A stretch of DNA of 64,000 bases from an uncultured Pseudomonadales bacterium (lineage in GTDB: Bacteria; Patescibacteriota; Microgenomatia; UBA1400; UBA1396). Shown piece after piece: positions 27,345 to 37,632 of this stretch (position 1 is its first letter; every line of letters starts with the position of its first letter). The position numbers and the translations under genes are program-made. Below the pieces are notes generated by a model, which made no database searches, was not told where the DNA came from, and saw only the letters and a program-made list of their open reading frames with translations. Location: assembly GCA_964511175.1 (NCBI GenBank), contig CAZEEI010000006.1, positions 73 to 64,072 of the forward strand. Direction: 5' to 3'.

Positions 27345-29336
27345 CTAGCGAGTTTGTTGTCTTCGTCTCTGTTTCGACAATCTTTTCATCCACTCCTCAT
27401 ACCCACCCAGTTTATCCAGACCGTAAAGCAACATTAAGGCTTCATACCAGTAGATGGACTCATCTAAACTCGAGGTCGGGAACATCCCCCGCTGATCCGG
27501 CAAAGTTAACAACCCCATGTTTCCTGGAGTTGGTTTGCCGCGGTTGCGTTTACCACCTTTATTATGTTCGTTAGCCAACCAGCCCGGAGCGGTAAAGGAT
27601 TGGAAAGACTCCGCCTGCGGATTCCACTTCACTAAGAAACCACCTTTAGGCATATCACCACCAACCACGAAGTCTTTGCGCTCTGGCTGCCGTTGTTCCA
27701 TCCTAACTAAACCGCGGAAGGGATCATCAAAAGAACCAGATGACTGCTGTGCATCCAGAATAAGACCACGATAATTTAAACCTCGTTTTGGATACGAAAG
27801 CACCAACGTACCTTGAATATCAATTAAGGGAACACCTAACTTCTCAATGATCGCGTCACCCGGGAAGAACCCATTCTCATCTTCGCCGGTAAGTTTGCCA
27901 TTCCGATCACGAATGACCGACGTTTTCCAGGCTTCACTACGCATGATGCCATCAAAAAGCCAACAAATAATTTTATTGGCTGTTTCTTGGGTTTGTGGAT
28001 CCTTACTTCTCGTCAACGGTTCAAGTATACTCAGTAAACGATAAAACTGATCCTCACGATCAGCTCTCCCTGGCAAAGTGTTATCTAGCATTCCCCGTCC
28101 AACAATTAGGTTGGCATGGCTGCTTTTACCGACAAATTCAACCAAATCTTTGAGCGCCGGCTGATCAGCCGACTTACTACCTTGACGATATCCAGCGGCG
28201 AACATTTGGATCGTTGGCAAATCGGCATCAACATTATAATGAAGGACGGTAGCGTGTTTTGTGGCAAGACCGTCTTCTCGGCGTGACCTGCCTAGTTTTT
28301 TGATTAGACGAAACTTGGGCTGGCCTTCTATCTTTTCTTCAATTTCGCCGATAAGTTCGGTTGTGGCATTACGCGACTCGGTTAACTCGCGCAAAGTAGC
28401 CGCTTGCAGTAACAACTCAGCGTGACTGAGAGTCGCTACTGGATACATATCTCGTTCCCTACCCGTGTAACTAGTATGGATCGTCGCCATACCAGGGGGG
28501 CCGCCAATGCGACCCGCAAAGTCACGCACTGCATGAGGGTCGGCCAACTGCTCCAGTATCCCCTTAAAGGCGGCTAACTGCATCCAAACGTGCGAGTTAC
28601 CATCCTGATCCACCTCTTTGGATACAGCTGGTCCCCGGGTATGAAAATGGCCTTCCACATCAGCATTCGATCTTTTGGGGTGGGACGCGGCCGCCTTACG
28701 AAGTGAGCCAACCGGGTTGATGTCAGAACCACCACCACCAGCATTGTGATAAACCCGGAATACTTCTGTTTTGCCGTTTGGATACCGAAAAGTAACTAAG
28801 CCACCATTGCGTACAATGGCTACTCTATTCTCCGGACCTAGATCACCAAGAATGGCATAGGGATTGAAACCAGCATACTGTCGCAGCCACTCTTCGTGGG
28901 ATTTAAACTGTGAGACCATTGCTACCAATTTGCCTTGTTCGACCAGGGGCCGAATAAATAATTCACGAAAACCAAGAATCTGTTGAGTGGGATCGGCTAA
29001 AAGATGGAGTGTGTTGGTATCCAGATGTTCTGTTTTTAGACCCTCAGCCAAATCACCATAGAGAGTAACTAGACAATTGTTAGTACTAAGCGCAAAGTTG
29101 AGGATAGATTCCAACATGTCATAGGCAACGGCGGCGTGCCCCCAATGGATATCGGACAGATGAAGATGTAGATGTGGTCCCTTGAAATCTAATTTCACTT
29201 TAGTTTCTGCTAATTCAAGGGTAAGAGCCTGCCTGGCTCGTTGAGCGCGTCTGACCTCCCGCTGCAATCGGCCGGCATATTCCTGATTTCCCATGGCGGG
29301 TGGTTGTTTTTCGTAGCGAAACTTTTTATTGGCCAT
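27345..29336 (-). CDS. calcineurin-like metallophosphoesterase fused to ~380 aa C-terminal domain of unknown function
   Basis: MPP motifs HLSDIHWG (D-x-H), LYGDLAEG (GD-x-x-D), EGHFHTRG (GH-x-H) in N-terminal third; no signal peptide; 663 aa. Confidence 0.6.
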   Translation of the reverse strand: MANKKFRYEKQPPAMGNQEYAGRLQREVRRAQRARQALTLELAETKVKLDFKGPHLHLHLSDIHWGHAAVAYDMLESILNFALSTNNCLVTLYGDLAEGLKTEHLDTNTLHLLADPTQQILGFRELFIRPLVEQGKLVAMVSQFKSHEEWLRQYAGFNPYAILGDLGPENRVAIVRNGGLVTFRYPNGKTEVFRVYHNAGGGGSDINPVGSLRKAAASHPKRSNADVEGHFHTRGPAVSKEVDQDGNSHVWMQLAAFKGILEQLADPHAVRDFAGRIGGPPGMATIHTSYTGRERDMYPVATLSHAELLLQAATLRELTESRNATTELIGEIEEKIEGQPKFRLIKKLGRSRREDGLATKHATVLHYNVDADLPTIQMFAAGYRQGSKSADQPALKDLVEFVGKSSHANLIVGRGMLDNTLPGRADREDQFYRLLSILEPLTRSKDPQTQETANKIICWLFDGIMRSEAWKTSVIRDRNGKLTGEDENGFFPGDAIIEKLGVPLIDIQGTLVLSYPKRGLNYRGLILDAQQSSGSFDDPFRGLVRMEQRQPERKDFVVGGDMPKGGFLVKWNPQAESFQSFTAPGWLANEHNKGGKRNRGKPTPGNMGLLTLPDQRGMFPTSSLDESIYWYEALMLLYGLDKLGGYEEWMKRLSKQRRRQQTR

Positions 29337-29522
29337 AGGAAAAAAAAGCGCTGGATACGCCTTCCTTATTTAAAATGTTTTTACTTGAAATCCTAACTGC
29401 TGCCATACCTAATAGTGAGGGTACCGAATAAATCTTCGGGTGTCAAATATATCTTTACTAAAACAATCGATCGGAATCAGTATCTCGCTTCCCCAAGGAC
29501 CGAATGCTACAATTCCTACCAT

Positions 29523-30947
29523 ATGGCCGAATCCCGTTTAGATGATATTAGACAGGCGCGCCAGCGCGTGCGCCAGGAGCTGCTGAACCGCGGTATTCCC
29601 CCTTATCCGGCCGACGGCCACAAGACCCACACCAACGCGCTGGCGCGCCAAACTCCCGACGGCACCAGCGTCCAAATTGCCGGCCGTATTCGTTCGATCC
29701 GTGGTCACGGCAAAATCCGTTTCCTCGACTTGGTTGATGAAAGCGGCAAAATACAGGTCGTGGCCAAAGCCGACGTCACGGCTAACTACGAATTAGTCAA
29801 CGACTGCCAAACCAGTGACTTTATCCGGGTCACCGGTGAACACTTCACCACCAACGCCAACGAACCCAGCGTCCTGGCACAGCAAGTCGAGATCCTCACT
29901 AAGGCAATCCGCCCTCTTCCGGACAGCTGGTTCGGCTTAACCGACGAGGAAGAACGCTATCGCCGCCGCTACGTCGACTTAAACCTTAATGAGGCGGTTC
30001 GCACTTTATTCCGCCAACGCGCTATTATTTTGCAATCGGCGCGGCGCACTCTCGACGAAGCGGGTTTTTTGGAAGTAGAGACACCTACTCTTCAACCGCT
30101 CTACGGCGGCGCCAACGCCCGCCCCTTTGTCACCCACATTAACGCTTGGGATATGGATTTATACCTCAAGATTTCGGATGAGCTTTATTTGAAACGCCTG
30201 ATTATCGGCGGCTTTGATAAGGTTTATGAGATCGACCACGATTTCCGTAACGAAGGCGTCGACCGCACCCATAACCCGGAGTTCACTATGTTGGAGTGCT
30301 ACGCCGCCTACTGGGATTACACCGACATCATGACCCTAACCGAACTCATCTGTCAGAACGCGGCGCTAGCCGTACATGGCACCACGCGTCTTACTTACCA
30401 GGGCACCACAATCGAATTAGGCGGTTCCTGGCGCCGTTTGCCCATGAAAGACGGTATCCGTGAGTTCCTCCAGATTGATGTCGATCGGCTTAGTGATGAA
30501 CAACTCCAAGCGGAAATTGCCAATCGCAATTTGAAGTACGAGGGACAGTGGCAGCGTGGTTTAGGTATCGCCAAATTATTTGAGGCGGTAGAGCCCAAAC
30601 TCATTCAGCCAACTTTTGTGACGGATATGCCGCGCGAAACTACCTCGCTCTGCAAACCCCATCGTCAGAACCCAGACTTAATCGAGCGTTTTGAACCGTA
30701 CGTTTGCGGCTGGGAGCTGGGTAATGCCTATAGCGAACTTAATGATCCAGTTCTCCAAAAAGATTTCTGGGAGGCGGAACGTCAGGAAGATCCAGAAAAG
30801 CATCCCTTGGATGTCGATTTTATTGAAGCTCTGGAATATGGCATGCCACCCACTGGTGGTTTGGGCTTGGGTCTAGATCGTCTGGTGATGCTTTTAACCA
30901 ATCAGACCAAGTTGCGGGATGTAATCTTCTTCCCCACCATGAAGTAA
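29523..30947 (+). CDS. lysS: lysine--tRNA ligase (class II)
   Basis: N-terminal anticodon-binding OB region and class II motifs (…FRNEGVDRTHNPEFTMLE…, GGLGLGLDRLVMLL); start at MAESRLDD (29523). Confidence 0.9.
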   Translation: MAESRLDDIRQARQRVRQELLNRGIPPYPADGHKTHTNALARQTPDGTSVQIAGRIRSIRGHGKIRFLDLVDESGKIQVVAKADVTANYELVNDCQTSDFIRVTGEHFTTNANEPSVLAQQVEILTKAIRPLPDSWFGLTDEEERYRRRYVDLNLNEAVRTLFRQRAIILQSARRTLDEAGFLEVETPTLQPLYGGANARPFVTHINAWDMDLYLKISDELYLKRLIIGGFDKVYEIDHDFRNEGVDRTHNPEFTMLECYAAYWDYTDIMTLTELICQNAALAVHGTTRLTYQGTTIELGGSWRRLPMKDGIREFLQIDVDRLSDEQLQAEIANRNLKYEGQWQRGLGIAKLFEAVEPKLIQPTFVTDMPRETTSLCKPHRQNPDLIERFEPYVCGWELGNAYSELNDPVLQKDFWEAERQEDPEKHPLDVDFIEALEYGMPPTGGLGLGLDRLVMLLTNQTKLRDVIFFPTMK

Positions 30948-30948
30948 T

Positions 30949-31869
30949 TTAGCGTCGGCGCAGCAAACTATAGCCACCGGCTGTTAACATTCCACCACCC
31001 GCCAAAGTAATAATTACTAAAGCGGCCGGACTGGCGGTTGCCGGAATCGGCTGAGTAACTTCTACCTGACCGGTAGTAGTCGTACTACTGTAAACAGTGG
31101 GCGTTGGCGTGGGTGTAGCAGTGGTGCCACTATAGACAGTGGGCGTAGGTGTGGGCGTAGGTGTAGCCCCAACTGGGGTAGGAGTTGGCACCGGAGTAGG
31201 TGTCGGCGTAGCGCCAACCGGCGTGGGCGTGGGCGTGGGCACGGGTGTCGGCGTAGCGGTGGGCGTTGGTGTAGGTGTAGGGGTGGGAGTGGGCTGTACC
31301 GAAGCGCCACTAGCACTATAAGAACCATTAGTCACCCCACCTAAAATATCGGTAGCATCAGATTTCTTGAGCATCTGTGATTGAGTTAAATCGAACGTGA
31401 CTGCCTTACTAGTAAAGGCCGCGTTAGCTCGAAAAGTAATCGTGGCAATCTTCGTATTGGCAGTGGTACTAGAGCCATTAGTCGAGGAATTAACCGCCAT
31501 TAAATCAACTTGGGTTTGGCCGCCAGCCGTATTGATATCAGTGACTGGGAAAGACCAGCCGCCACCCAACGCCGTATTTCCTTCAATGGTTACGGCCTGC
31601 AGATCGGTACCAGTAAAAACCAAACGCGAGGCAATGCCAGAAATAGCCTGCCCACCTGTGGTAAACATAATATCTACGGTGAAGTTTTGTCCGGTGGTCA
31701 TCGTGCCGGAACTGGGTTGGAGCAATAAACGCCCTACTCCGCCGGCGAGATAAGCTTGCGAGGCAACCGCCCCATTAAGCCAGAGAACCAAAGCCAAGAG
31801 GCCAACCGTCAGCCAACGGAAAACCGACTTCTTCGCCGAGTGTGTAATGTTCCCGGGCAGCGTATTCAT
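30949..31869 (-). CDS. cohesin-domain protein, membrane-anchored (paralog of 18118-19041)
   Basis: signal peptide; cohesin-pattern beta-sandwich (GQNFTVDIMFTT...ASRLVFTGTDLQAVTI...IATITFRANAAFTSKAVTFD); long (TP)n linker; C-terminal hydrophobic + LLRRR. Confidence 0.6.
   Translation of the reverse strand: MNTLPGNITHSAKKSVFRWLTVGLLALVLWLNGAVASQAYLAGGVGRLLLQPSSGTMTTGQNFTVDIMFTTGGQAISGIASRLVFTGTDLQAVTIEGNTALGGGWSFPVTDINTAGGQTQVDLMAVNSSTNGSSTTANTKIATITFRANAAFTSKAVTFDLTQSQMLKKSDATDILGGVTNGSYSASGASVQPTPTPTPTPTPTATPTPVPTPTPTPVGATPTPTPVPTPTPVGATPTPTPTPTVYSGTTATPTPTPTVYSSTTTTGQVEVTQPIPATASPAALVIITLAGGGMLTAGGYSLLRRR
31139..31321. repeat. tandem repeat DNA encoding (TP)n / (PTPV)n linker
   Basis: seen directly; yields mirror-frame poly-GV ORF. 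Confidence 0.5.
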
Positions 31870-31878
31870 ATCCTCCCA

Positions 31879-33615
31879 CTACTTTTCGGCATCACCGGGC
31901 GTTTCCAACTTGGTGTAGTTAGTAAGCAACAGGGATATGTCGGCCGCTGTTAAGAAATTGTCCCCGTTCAAATCATATTTACGGGTGGTATCTTTTATGG
32001 CATTAGATAGACCAACAAAATTACCTTCTTTTACCATGTCACTGAAATCCAGAATCGTAATTTTGTTGTCGCCGTTCACATCACCTACTAGCATAAGATC
32101 AGTGGCGGCCTTTTTACTGACCGCGTTCTGACTACCACGGGTCAAATAAACATTAGTAAAAAGGCGACGCAGGCGTGAAGTCTCCTTCACCGAAACTGAA
32201 TAATAAGCCGTAATGAGATTGGCATTATCGGTCAGAGGCGGCGTTACCACCACATAGGCATTTTCGGTGCCATTCCAAGTTGCATCCAAATTGGTAAACT
32301 TTTGCTCATAATTAACGCGGGTAACAGTCACTGCCAGCTTTTTCACACCACGATCTTGAGCAATCCCCTGCAAATTCATCACAATTTTTAAGTTGGTGTC
32401 CAAAGCAAAACTAACTTTGTTAGAAGCAGGTCGACCGCTAGGCAAAACATGCACCGTACCACCATTAGCGGTAGCTGGTACGATCGCCACAATCGTCTCA
32501 TCCGTCCATAGCGGCAGACTCGTAGTTTGGACATAGGCTGTGCCAAAGTACACCAAATATTTAGTACTGCCAAAATTGAAACCGTGAATAGTGATCTGCT
32601 GACCACCTGCGGCGTGGGTTGGCACGATACTGGTAATGGTTGGTGTTAGATCAACCAAGAAATTCTGCGAAATTTCCGTACTAATGTTACCAATTTTATC
32701 CCGACCACGCACATATATGGTATGACCGGTAGTAATATTGTGCGTCAAAGATGCTGTAACCGAAGTATCGGTTGTCCAAGCAGCGGGCCAACCGGCAGCG
32801 TCAAAACGGTACTGGAACTCAACCGCATTAGCTAAGCCAACCGTGTCGGCCGCGCGCTGCGGATTTTCCGTACCTTTCCAGTTAAAGTTGACGTTAGCAC
32901 TCTTAGTCGCCAGTTTGCCATCAGCCTGGGTAGTTAAAGTGTTGGTGGTAAATTGAACCACCGGCGGCTGAGCGTCGGCTGAAATCTTGATGGTGATCGA
33001 CGGGATCGCGTTCAAGGTATCATTACCATCGCTCTTACGGGTGACAATCGCCTTAGTTGGATCATGTTGGATAATTCGTTCCGCCGCCGCATTAGCGCGA
33101 AAAACGATAGTGGCAATTACCACTTCTCCATTGCTGTTATAACCGGCACCACTCGCACAAGTAGCACCAAAATCAATAAACACTCGGCGCTCCCCAGAAG
33201 CCTCGCGACTTACTTCGTTAATTTGATCGGCACAGCCAGGCATGTTCTGGAGAACCTTCGACTGAATCTGAATACCTGATCTAGTGGTGTCAGTATCAAC
33301 TACTTCTAAATCAGGTGTGGTACCAGCCGAAACATAATTGAGACCCAGCGCTACCGCCGAAACTGCCGTATTACCGGTGTTTAAGACAATATCAACCGGG
33401 AACTCATCTTTAACGTAGCGTGTATTTGAACCGGTTTTAAGCGTAACCGTAGCTGTACCAGCTGCTCCCACACTAGCCCGACCGCGAATTTCCGTGGTTT
33501 GTCCTGGCTGGAAGAAACGATTCATAACAAAGAAGGTAACTAGACCACCAATCGCCAGAACGGCCACAATCACACCAAGTGTTAAATAAGTACGAACCCG
33601 ACGGGACAGCGGCAT
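31879..33615 (-). CDS. multidomain surface protein with N-terminal cohesin-like module and C-terminal type-I dockerin (paralog of 19044-20771)
   Basis: dockerin repeats VGDVNGDNKITILDFSDMV and YDLNGDNFLTAADISLLLTNY; N-terminal signal anchor. Confidence 0.7.
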   Translation of the reverse strand: MPLSRRVRTYLTLGVIVAVLAIGGLVTFFVMNRFFQPGQTTEIRGRASVGAAGTATVTLKTGSNTRYVKDEFPVDIVLNTGNTAVSAVALGLNYVSAGTTPDLEVVDTDTTRSGIQIQSKVLQNMPGCADQINEVSREASGERRVFIDFGATCASGAGYNSNGEVVIATIVFRANAAAERIIQHDPTKAIVTRKSDGNDTLNAIPSITIKISADAQPPVVQFTTNTLTTQADGKLATKSANVNFNWKGTENPQRAADTVGLANAVEFQYRFDAAGWPAAWTTDTSVTASLTHNITTGHTIYVRGRDKIGNISTEISQNFLVDLTPTITSIVPTHAAGGQQITIHGFNFGSTKYLVYFGTAYVQTTSLPLWTDETIVAIVPATANGGTVHVLPSGRPASNKVSFALDTNLKIVMNLQGIAQDRGVKKLAVTVTRVNYEQKFTNLDATWNGTENAYVVVTPPLTDNANLITAYYSVSVKETSRLRRLFTNVYLTRGSQNAVSKKAATDLMLVGDVNGDNKITILDFSDMVKEGNFVGLSNAIKDTTRKYDLNGDNFLTAADISLLLTNYTKLETPGDAEK

Positions 33616-33666
33616 AACTCCTTCTCTTTTCTGTGTTCTTAGTATGGACTGAAAAGATTAGCAACG

Positions 33667-34269
33667 TCAAGGGGTGATGACAGGACTAAACGATTTTAAC
33701 CAAAGACCATAAGCCAGCCGTGCCAAAGCGGCATAAGATTCAGTGCGCGTTACTACTCCCCTCGTCACTACACCAATCATGCCCTCACGGTGTTTGAGGT
33801 TGGTGGTGTGACAAAGTTCGTCCATAACGTCACCCATTTCCTGACCGCGGCGAATGCCCTCGGCCAAGACTACTGGCAAAAGAAAGCGGTTGCCGTTAGC
33901 CGCTGCCTGTTGGTTAAGGCGGTCAATAACACAAATCCAAACAGTAGAATACAAACCGTCTGGCAACTCCGCTACGCCGCCCTCTAGACCAAACGCTCGC
34001 TCGACCAAGGAATCCTGAGCCAAAACCGCTTTGGCGCGATTAATTGCTCCTTGGCGCGTTTCGACATCAGAGAAAGGTTGAGCCGCTACCCCGCTGGCTA
34101 CAGCCATTGCCCGAAAAATTAGCGGATCAGACAAACCAAGCCGACGGTGGGCGTGGCGTACGGCGCTTTTTACGGCGACTACTTTAGCCGGGTTAGTGCT
34201 GCCGATACCGATAATCAAGCCGCCTCCGTCAATAATTGTCGTAAAGCGCGCCAAAAGACCAGCGCACAA
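33667..34269 (-). CDS. inosine/xanthosine triphosphatase (YjjX family non-canonical NTPase)
   Basis: GSTNPAKVVAVKSAV and EGMIGVVTRGVVTRTESYAALARLA match YjjX N- and C-terminal motifs; probable true start is TTG at 34218 just after sufU stop. Confidence 0.75.
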   Translation of the reverse strand: MCAGLLARFTTIIDGGGLIIGIGSTNPAKVVAVKSAVRHAHRRLGLSDPLIFRAMAVASGVAAQPFSDVETRQGAINRAKAVLAQDSLVERAFGLEGGVAELPDGLYSTVWICVIDRLNQQAAANGNRFLLPVVLAEGIRRGQEMGDVMDELCHTTNLKHREGMIGVVTRGVVTRTESYAALARLAYGLWLKSFSPVITP

Positions 34270-34589
34270 TTGCGGCGGGAATAAGAAATTGCCGGCAAAC
34301 CCAATTTTTGCAAAACTAATTCTTCATCCCAAGCCAAAAAATCGGCTACCGGCAGATTGGTGATCATTTCAGCCGACAGACTCGCCGCAGCTTGGCTGAT
34401 GGCACAACCTTCTCCCCGCCAACGCACGGCGGCTAAGTGGCCATTGGCGTCGACGTTTAAGTCCAAGGTTAACTGGTCGCCGCAAGTAGGGTTACTATAA
34501 GAACCGGTATGCGTGGGATGATCTAAAGAACCGCAACAGCGCGGATTTTCGGCATGATCTAAAACATGATCGAGGTATAGTTCATCCAT
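34215..34589 (-). CDS. sufU: SUF system Fe-S assembly scaffold, NifU/SufU family
   Basis: CGD...C and GEGCAISQAAAS motifs; directly downstream of cysteine desulfurase. Confidence 0.8.
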   Translation of the reverse strand: MDELYLDHVLDHAENPRCCGSLDHPTHTGSYSNPTCGDQLTLDLNVDANGHLAAVRWRGEGCAISQAAASLSAEMITNLPVADFLAWDEELVLQKLGLPAISYSRRNCALVFWRALRQLLTEAA

Positions 34590-35844
34590 GTTTGCCTCGA
34601 AAAACTTTCTTGACGTCGGCTAGGGCGGATACTAAGGTGTCGATTTCCGCTGTGGTGTTATAAACGCCAAAGCTGGCTCGGGTGGTTGGCGGCCAAGCAA
34701 AATGGTCGTGCAAGGGCATGGCGCAGTGGTAACCCGAACGCACCGCCACTCCCCAGCGATCAAGCACTTGAGCCACGTCGTGGGCGTGTACTCCTTGGTA
34801 TAAAAAGGCCACCGAACCTTGCCGACTATTGGCCGGCGTTGGACCCACCATGGTAACTTCCGGCACGGCGGCCAATTTTTGGTAGGCATCAGCGGTAAGT
34901 TCGCGATCGTGTCTGGCAATGGCCTCCCTACCTAGTTTTTGCAGAAAGGTGCAGGCGGCGGCTAGACCGACCGCGCCAGCTACATCGGGAGTGCCAGCCG
35001 TAAACTTTTCTTGGGGTGAATCAGCATAAGAAGTTTCTGCCAGTGTGACGCGGCCGATCATGCCGCCGCCCACCAACACCGGTTCTAATTCACTTAAGCG
35101 CTGCTTAGCCACTAGTAAACCACCGGTGCCCATGGGTCCGTACATTTTGTGGCCGGAAAAAGCCAGAGCATCAACGCCCAGCGTAGTAAAGTTGAGCGGC
35201 AGGCGTGCCGCACTTTGGGCAGCATCAACCACTAGTAAAACTTGGCTGCGCCATGCTTTAGCAGCCAAATATTCATTGATCTCAGCCACCGGATTAGTGG
35301 CGCCGGTAGTATTGGCGATATGGGTCAGGGCTAAAACACGCAATCGCTGGCCAGCTTCATCGATTAAGTGCTGTAGGGCGGGCCAATCCAAACAACCATC
35401 ATCTAGTAAAGGAGCTACCACCAACCGCGCGCCGCGGCGCAAAGCTAAACGTTGCCAAGGCACAAAGTTGCTATGGTGTTCCATAAGAGTGGCAACAATG
35501 ACGTCGTTAGCGCCAACGTGCGACTCACCCCAACCGCTTACCAGCCAATTTAGCCCTTCGGTTGTGTTGCGTGTCAAAATCAGCTCTTCGTCCCGCGCCC
35601 CAAAAAAATCAGCAATTTGGACACGCGCCTGATGGTAAAGTTGGGTACTTTCATCGCCTAAAGTATGGACACCGCGGTGAACGTTGGCGTTATGGTTCTG
35701 GTAATACTCGACGATGGCGTCGATAACTGTCTGCGGTTTTTGGGTGGTAGCGGCATTATCCAGGTATACTAAGGGGTGGCCCTGCACCTGGCGGCGTAAA
35801 ATTGGGAATTGGGCGCGGATCGCGTCTGTGGACCAGTTAGTCAT
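34582..35844 (-). CDS. sufS: cysteine desulfurase (SufS/class II aminotransferase class V)
   Basis: PLP-lysine motif SGHKMYGPMGTGGL and active-site RSGYHCAMPL; start at MTNWSTDAIRAQFPIL. Confidence 0.9.
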   Translation of the reverse strand: MTNWSTDAIRAQFPILRRQVQGHPLVYLDNAATTQKPQTVIDAIVEYYQNHNANVHRGVHTLGDESTQLYHQARVQIADFFGARDEELILTRNTTEGLNWLVSGWGESHVGANDVIVATLMEHHSNFVPWQRLALRRGARLVVAPLLDDGCLDWPALQHLIDEAGQRLRVLALTHIANTTGATNPVAEINEYLAAKAWRSQVLLVVDAAQSAARLPLNFTTLGVDALAFSGHKMYGPMGTGGLLVAKQRLSELEPVLVGGGMIGRVTLAETSYADSPQEKFTAGTPDVAGAVGLAAACTFLQKLGREAIARHDRELTADAYQKLAAVPEVTMVGPTPANSRQGSVAFLYQGVHAHDVAQVLDRWGVAVRSGYHCAMPLHDHFAWPPTTRASFGVYNTTAEIDTLVSALADVKKVFRGKHG

Positions 35845-35863
35845 GGGCGTATTATAGAATAAG

Positions 35864-37054
35864 TTGTTTATGCGTATAGCGATGTATACCGACACCTTTG
35901 TTCCCTACATTAGCGGCGTTTCTACCGCGGTAGTAATGTTGGCCAATACTTTAGCGGAAAACGGCCACGCTGTTTTCATCCAGGCGCCTGGTCCCAAAGA
36001 GGAAGTTGATCTGTCTTTCCTTCACCCGCGGGTAACCGTAAAGTACGTGCGGGCGGTTGATATTGTGATCTACCCAGATTTTCGCCTTGGCACCAATTTA
36101 CCACTGTCTTTACAGGATATCCGCGAATTTGCCCCAGACTTAATTCACGTTCACACGCCGCTCAGCGTTGGCTTGGAAGGTTTTTTGATTAGTCGCCGAC
36201 TGCACCTGCCTTTGATTCAAACTTTCCACACCTACTTTATGGATCAGGAGGCACTCAAAATTCTCGGTATTCGTAACGAACGGCTCGCTCGCTTGATTTC
36301 CCGCGGCGGCTGGCGGTTAAACCGGGTATTAACCCGCTGGTGTGATGTGACCATTGCTCCCACCAACTACGTTGCCAAGGACCTCCGCCAGCACGCCGCG
36401 GCGGAACCAATCGTGGTTTGTCCCAACATTTTGCCGGCTAATGCCTTCGCCAGGCATCCCCAAGCGCGGGCACATGCGGAAACTCTTTTGTTTGTCGGCC
36501 GGCTCAGCCTGGAAAAACGCATCGATCTGCTCATTCAAGCCTACGCTCTGGCTCGCCAAACCGTACCTAATTTGAAACTGACGATTATTGGTGACGGTCC
36601 CGAACGGCAAAATCTTTTTGATCTAGCTCTAAACCTGCACGCCAGCGACGGCATCCGCTGGTTTGGCAAAATTCCCCATTACGAGCTGATGACACAGCAC
36701 CTTTATCATGAGGGTGATATTTTTGTGACCCTGAGCCGCTTTGAGACCTATGGCTACACCACCTTAGAAGCGATGGCTCACGAACTGCCGGTGATTGCGT
36801 TGTCTTCCCGCGCTAATACCGAAGTGATTGGCAAGTCCGGCTTATTAGTACCAGACACTACCCAGCGCGAGCGGGCCATCCGCTCGGTGGCACGCAAAAT
36901 TATTACCGCCACTCAGCTGCCTCTTAAACCACTGCGTCACGCCGCCTACGAGCAGGCCCTGCATTATCATCCGTCGCAATTGCTGCCTCGTTACGAAGCG
37001 ATTTATCAGCAAGCGATCGCGGACCACCGTGAGGCAAACGGGGTAGAGGCATGA
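35864..37054 (+). CDS. glycosyltransferase family 4
   Basis: N-terminal MRIAMYTDTFVPYISGVS...ENGHAV and C-terminal E-x7-E (ETYGYTTLEAMAHELPVIA) GT-B signature. Confidence 0.75.
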   Translation: MFMRIAMYTDTFVPYISGVSTAVVMLANTLAENGHAVFIQAPGPKEEVDLSFLHPRVTVKYVRAVDIVIYPDFRLGTNLPLSLQDIREFAPDLIHVHTPLSVGLEGFLISRRLHLPLIQTFHTYFMDQEALKILGIRNERLARLISRGGWRLNRVLTRWCDVTIAPTNYVAKDLRQHAAAEPIVVCPNILPANAFARHPQARAHAETLLFVGRLSLEKRIDLLIQAYALARQTVPNLKLTIIGDGPERQNLFDLALNLHASDGIRWFGKIPHYELMTQHLYHEGDIFVTLSRFETYGYTTLEAMAHELPVIALSSRANTEVIGKSGLLVPDTTQRERAIRSVARKIITATQLPLKPLRHAAYEQALHYHPSQLLPRYEAIYQQAIADHREANGVEA

Positions 37055-37632
37055 AACGTTATCTGCTCGTTGGGCTGGGTAATCCTGGCCCGGATTACGC
37101 CGCCACCCGGCACAATGCTGGTTGGTTGGTTTTGGATGAGTTAGTGCGGCTTTGGTCTGAACCCGGCCTCGATTTAACCTGGCACTTAGAAAAAAAACTG
37201 CAGGCCGCCGCTTTGCGTCTCAACCGTGACGGGCGGGAAATCATGCTGCTCAAACCCCAAACTTTTATGAATCAATCCGGACAGGCCGTAGCGGCAGCGG
37301 TGCGCTGGCTTCTTAACTTGGATACTACGGTCGCCGACCAGGATTTTCCTAACTTAATTATCTGCCACGACGATTTGGATCTAACCACTGGTCAGTACAA
37401 ACTCCAATTTAACTCTGGACCAAAAATCCATAATGGTGTTAATAGTGTGCGACAAGAGCTGCACTCCAACCGTTTCTGGCTATCTCGCTTTGGTGTCGAT
37501 AGCCGCGGCGGACAGCGTACTATTCCTGGACAAGCTTACGTACTGCAGTCGCTCAACCCTAGTGAAAAACAAGCCTTAAATCAGGCTGTTCGCACTTGGA
37601 GTGAGGAATTATCCGCCACCGTGCTACAGTAA
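37051..37632 (+). CDS. pth: peptidyl-tRNA hydrolase
   Basis: LLVGLGNPGPDYAATRHNAGW N-terminal Pth signature; ATGA overlap with upstream GT. Confidence 0.9.
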   Translation: MKRYLLVGLGNPGPDYAATRHNAGWLVLDELVRLWSEPGLDLTWHLEKKLQAAALRLNRDGREIMLLKPQTFMNQSGQAVAAAVRWLLNLDTTVADQDFPNLIICHDDLDLTTGQYKLQFNSGPKIHNGVNSVRQELHSNRFWLSRFGVDSRGGQRTIPGQAYVLQSLNPSEKQALNQAVRTWSEELSATVLQ

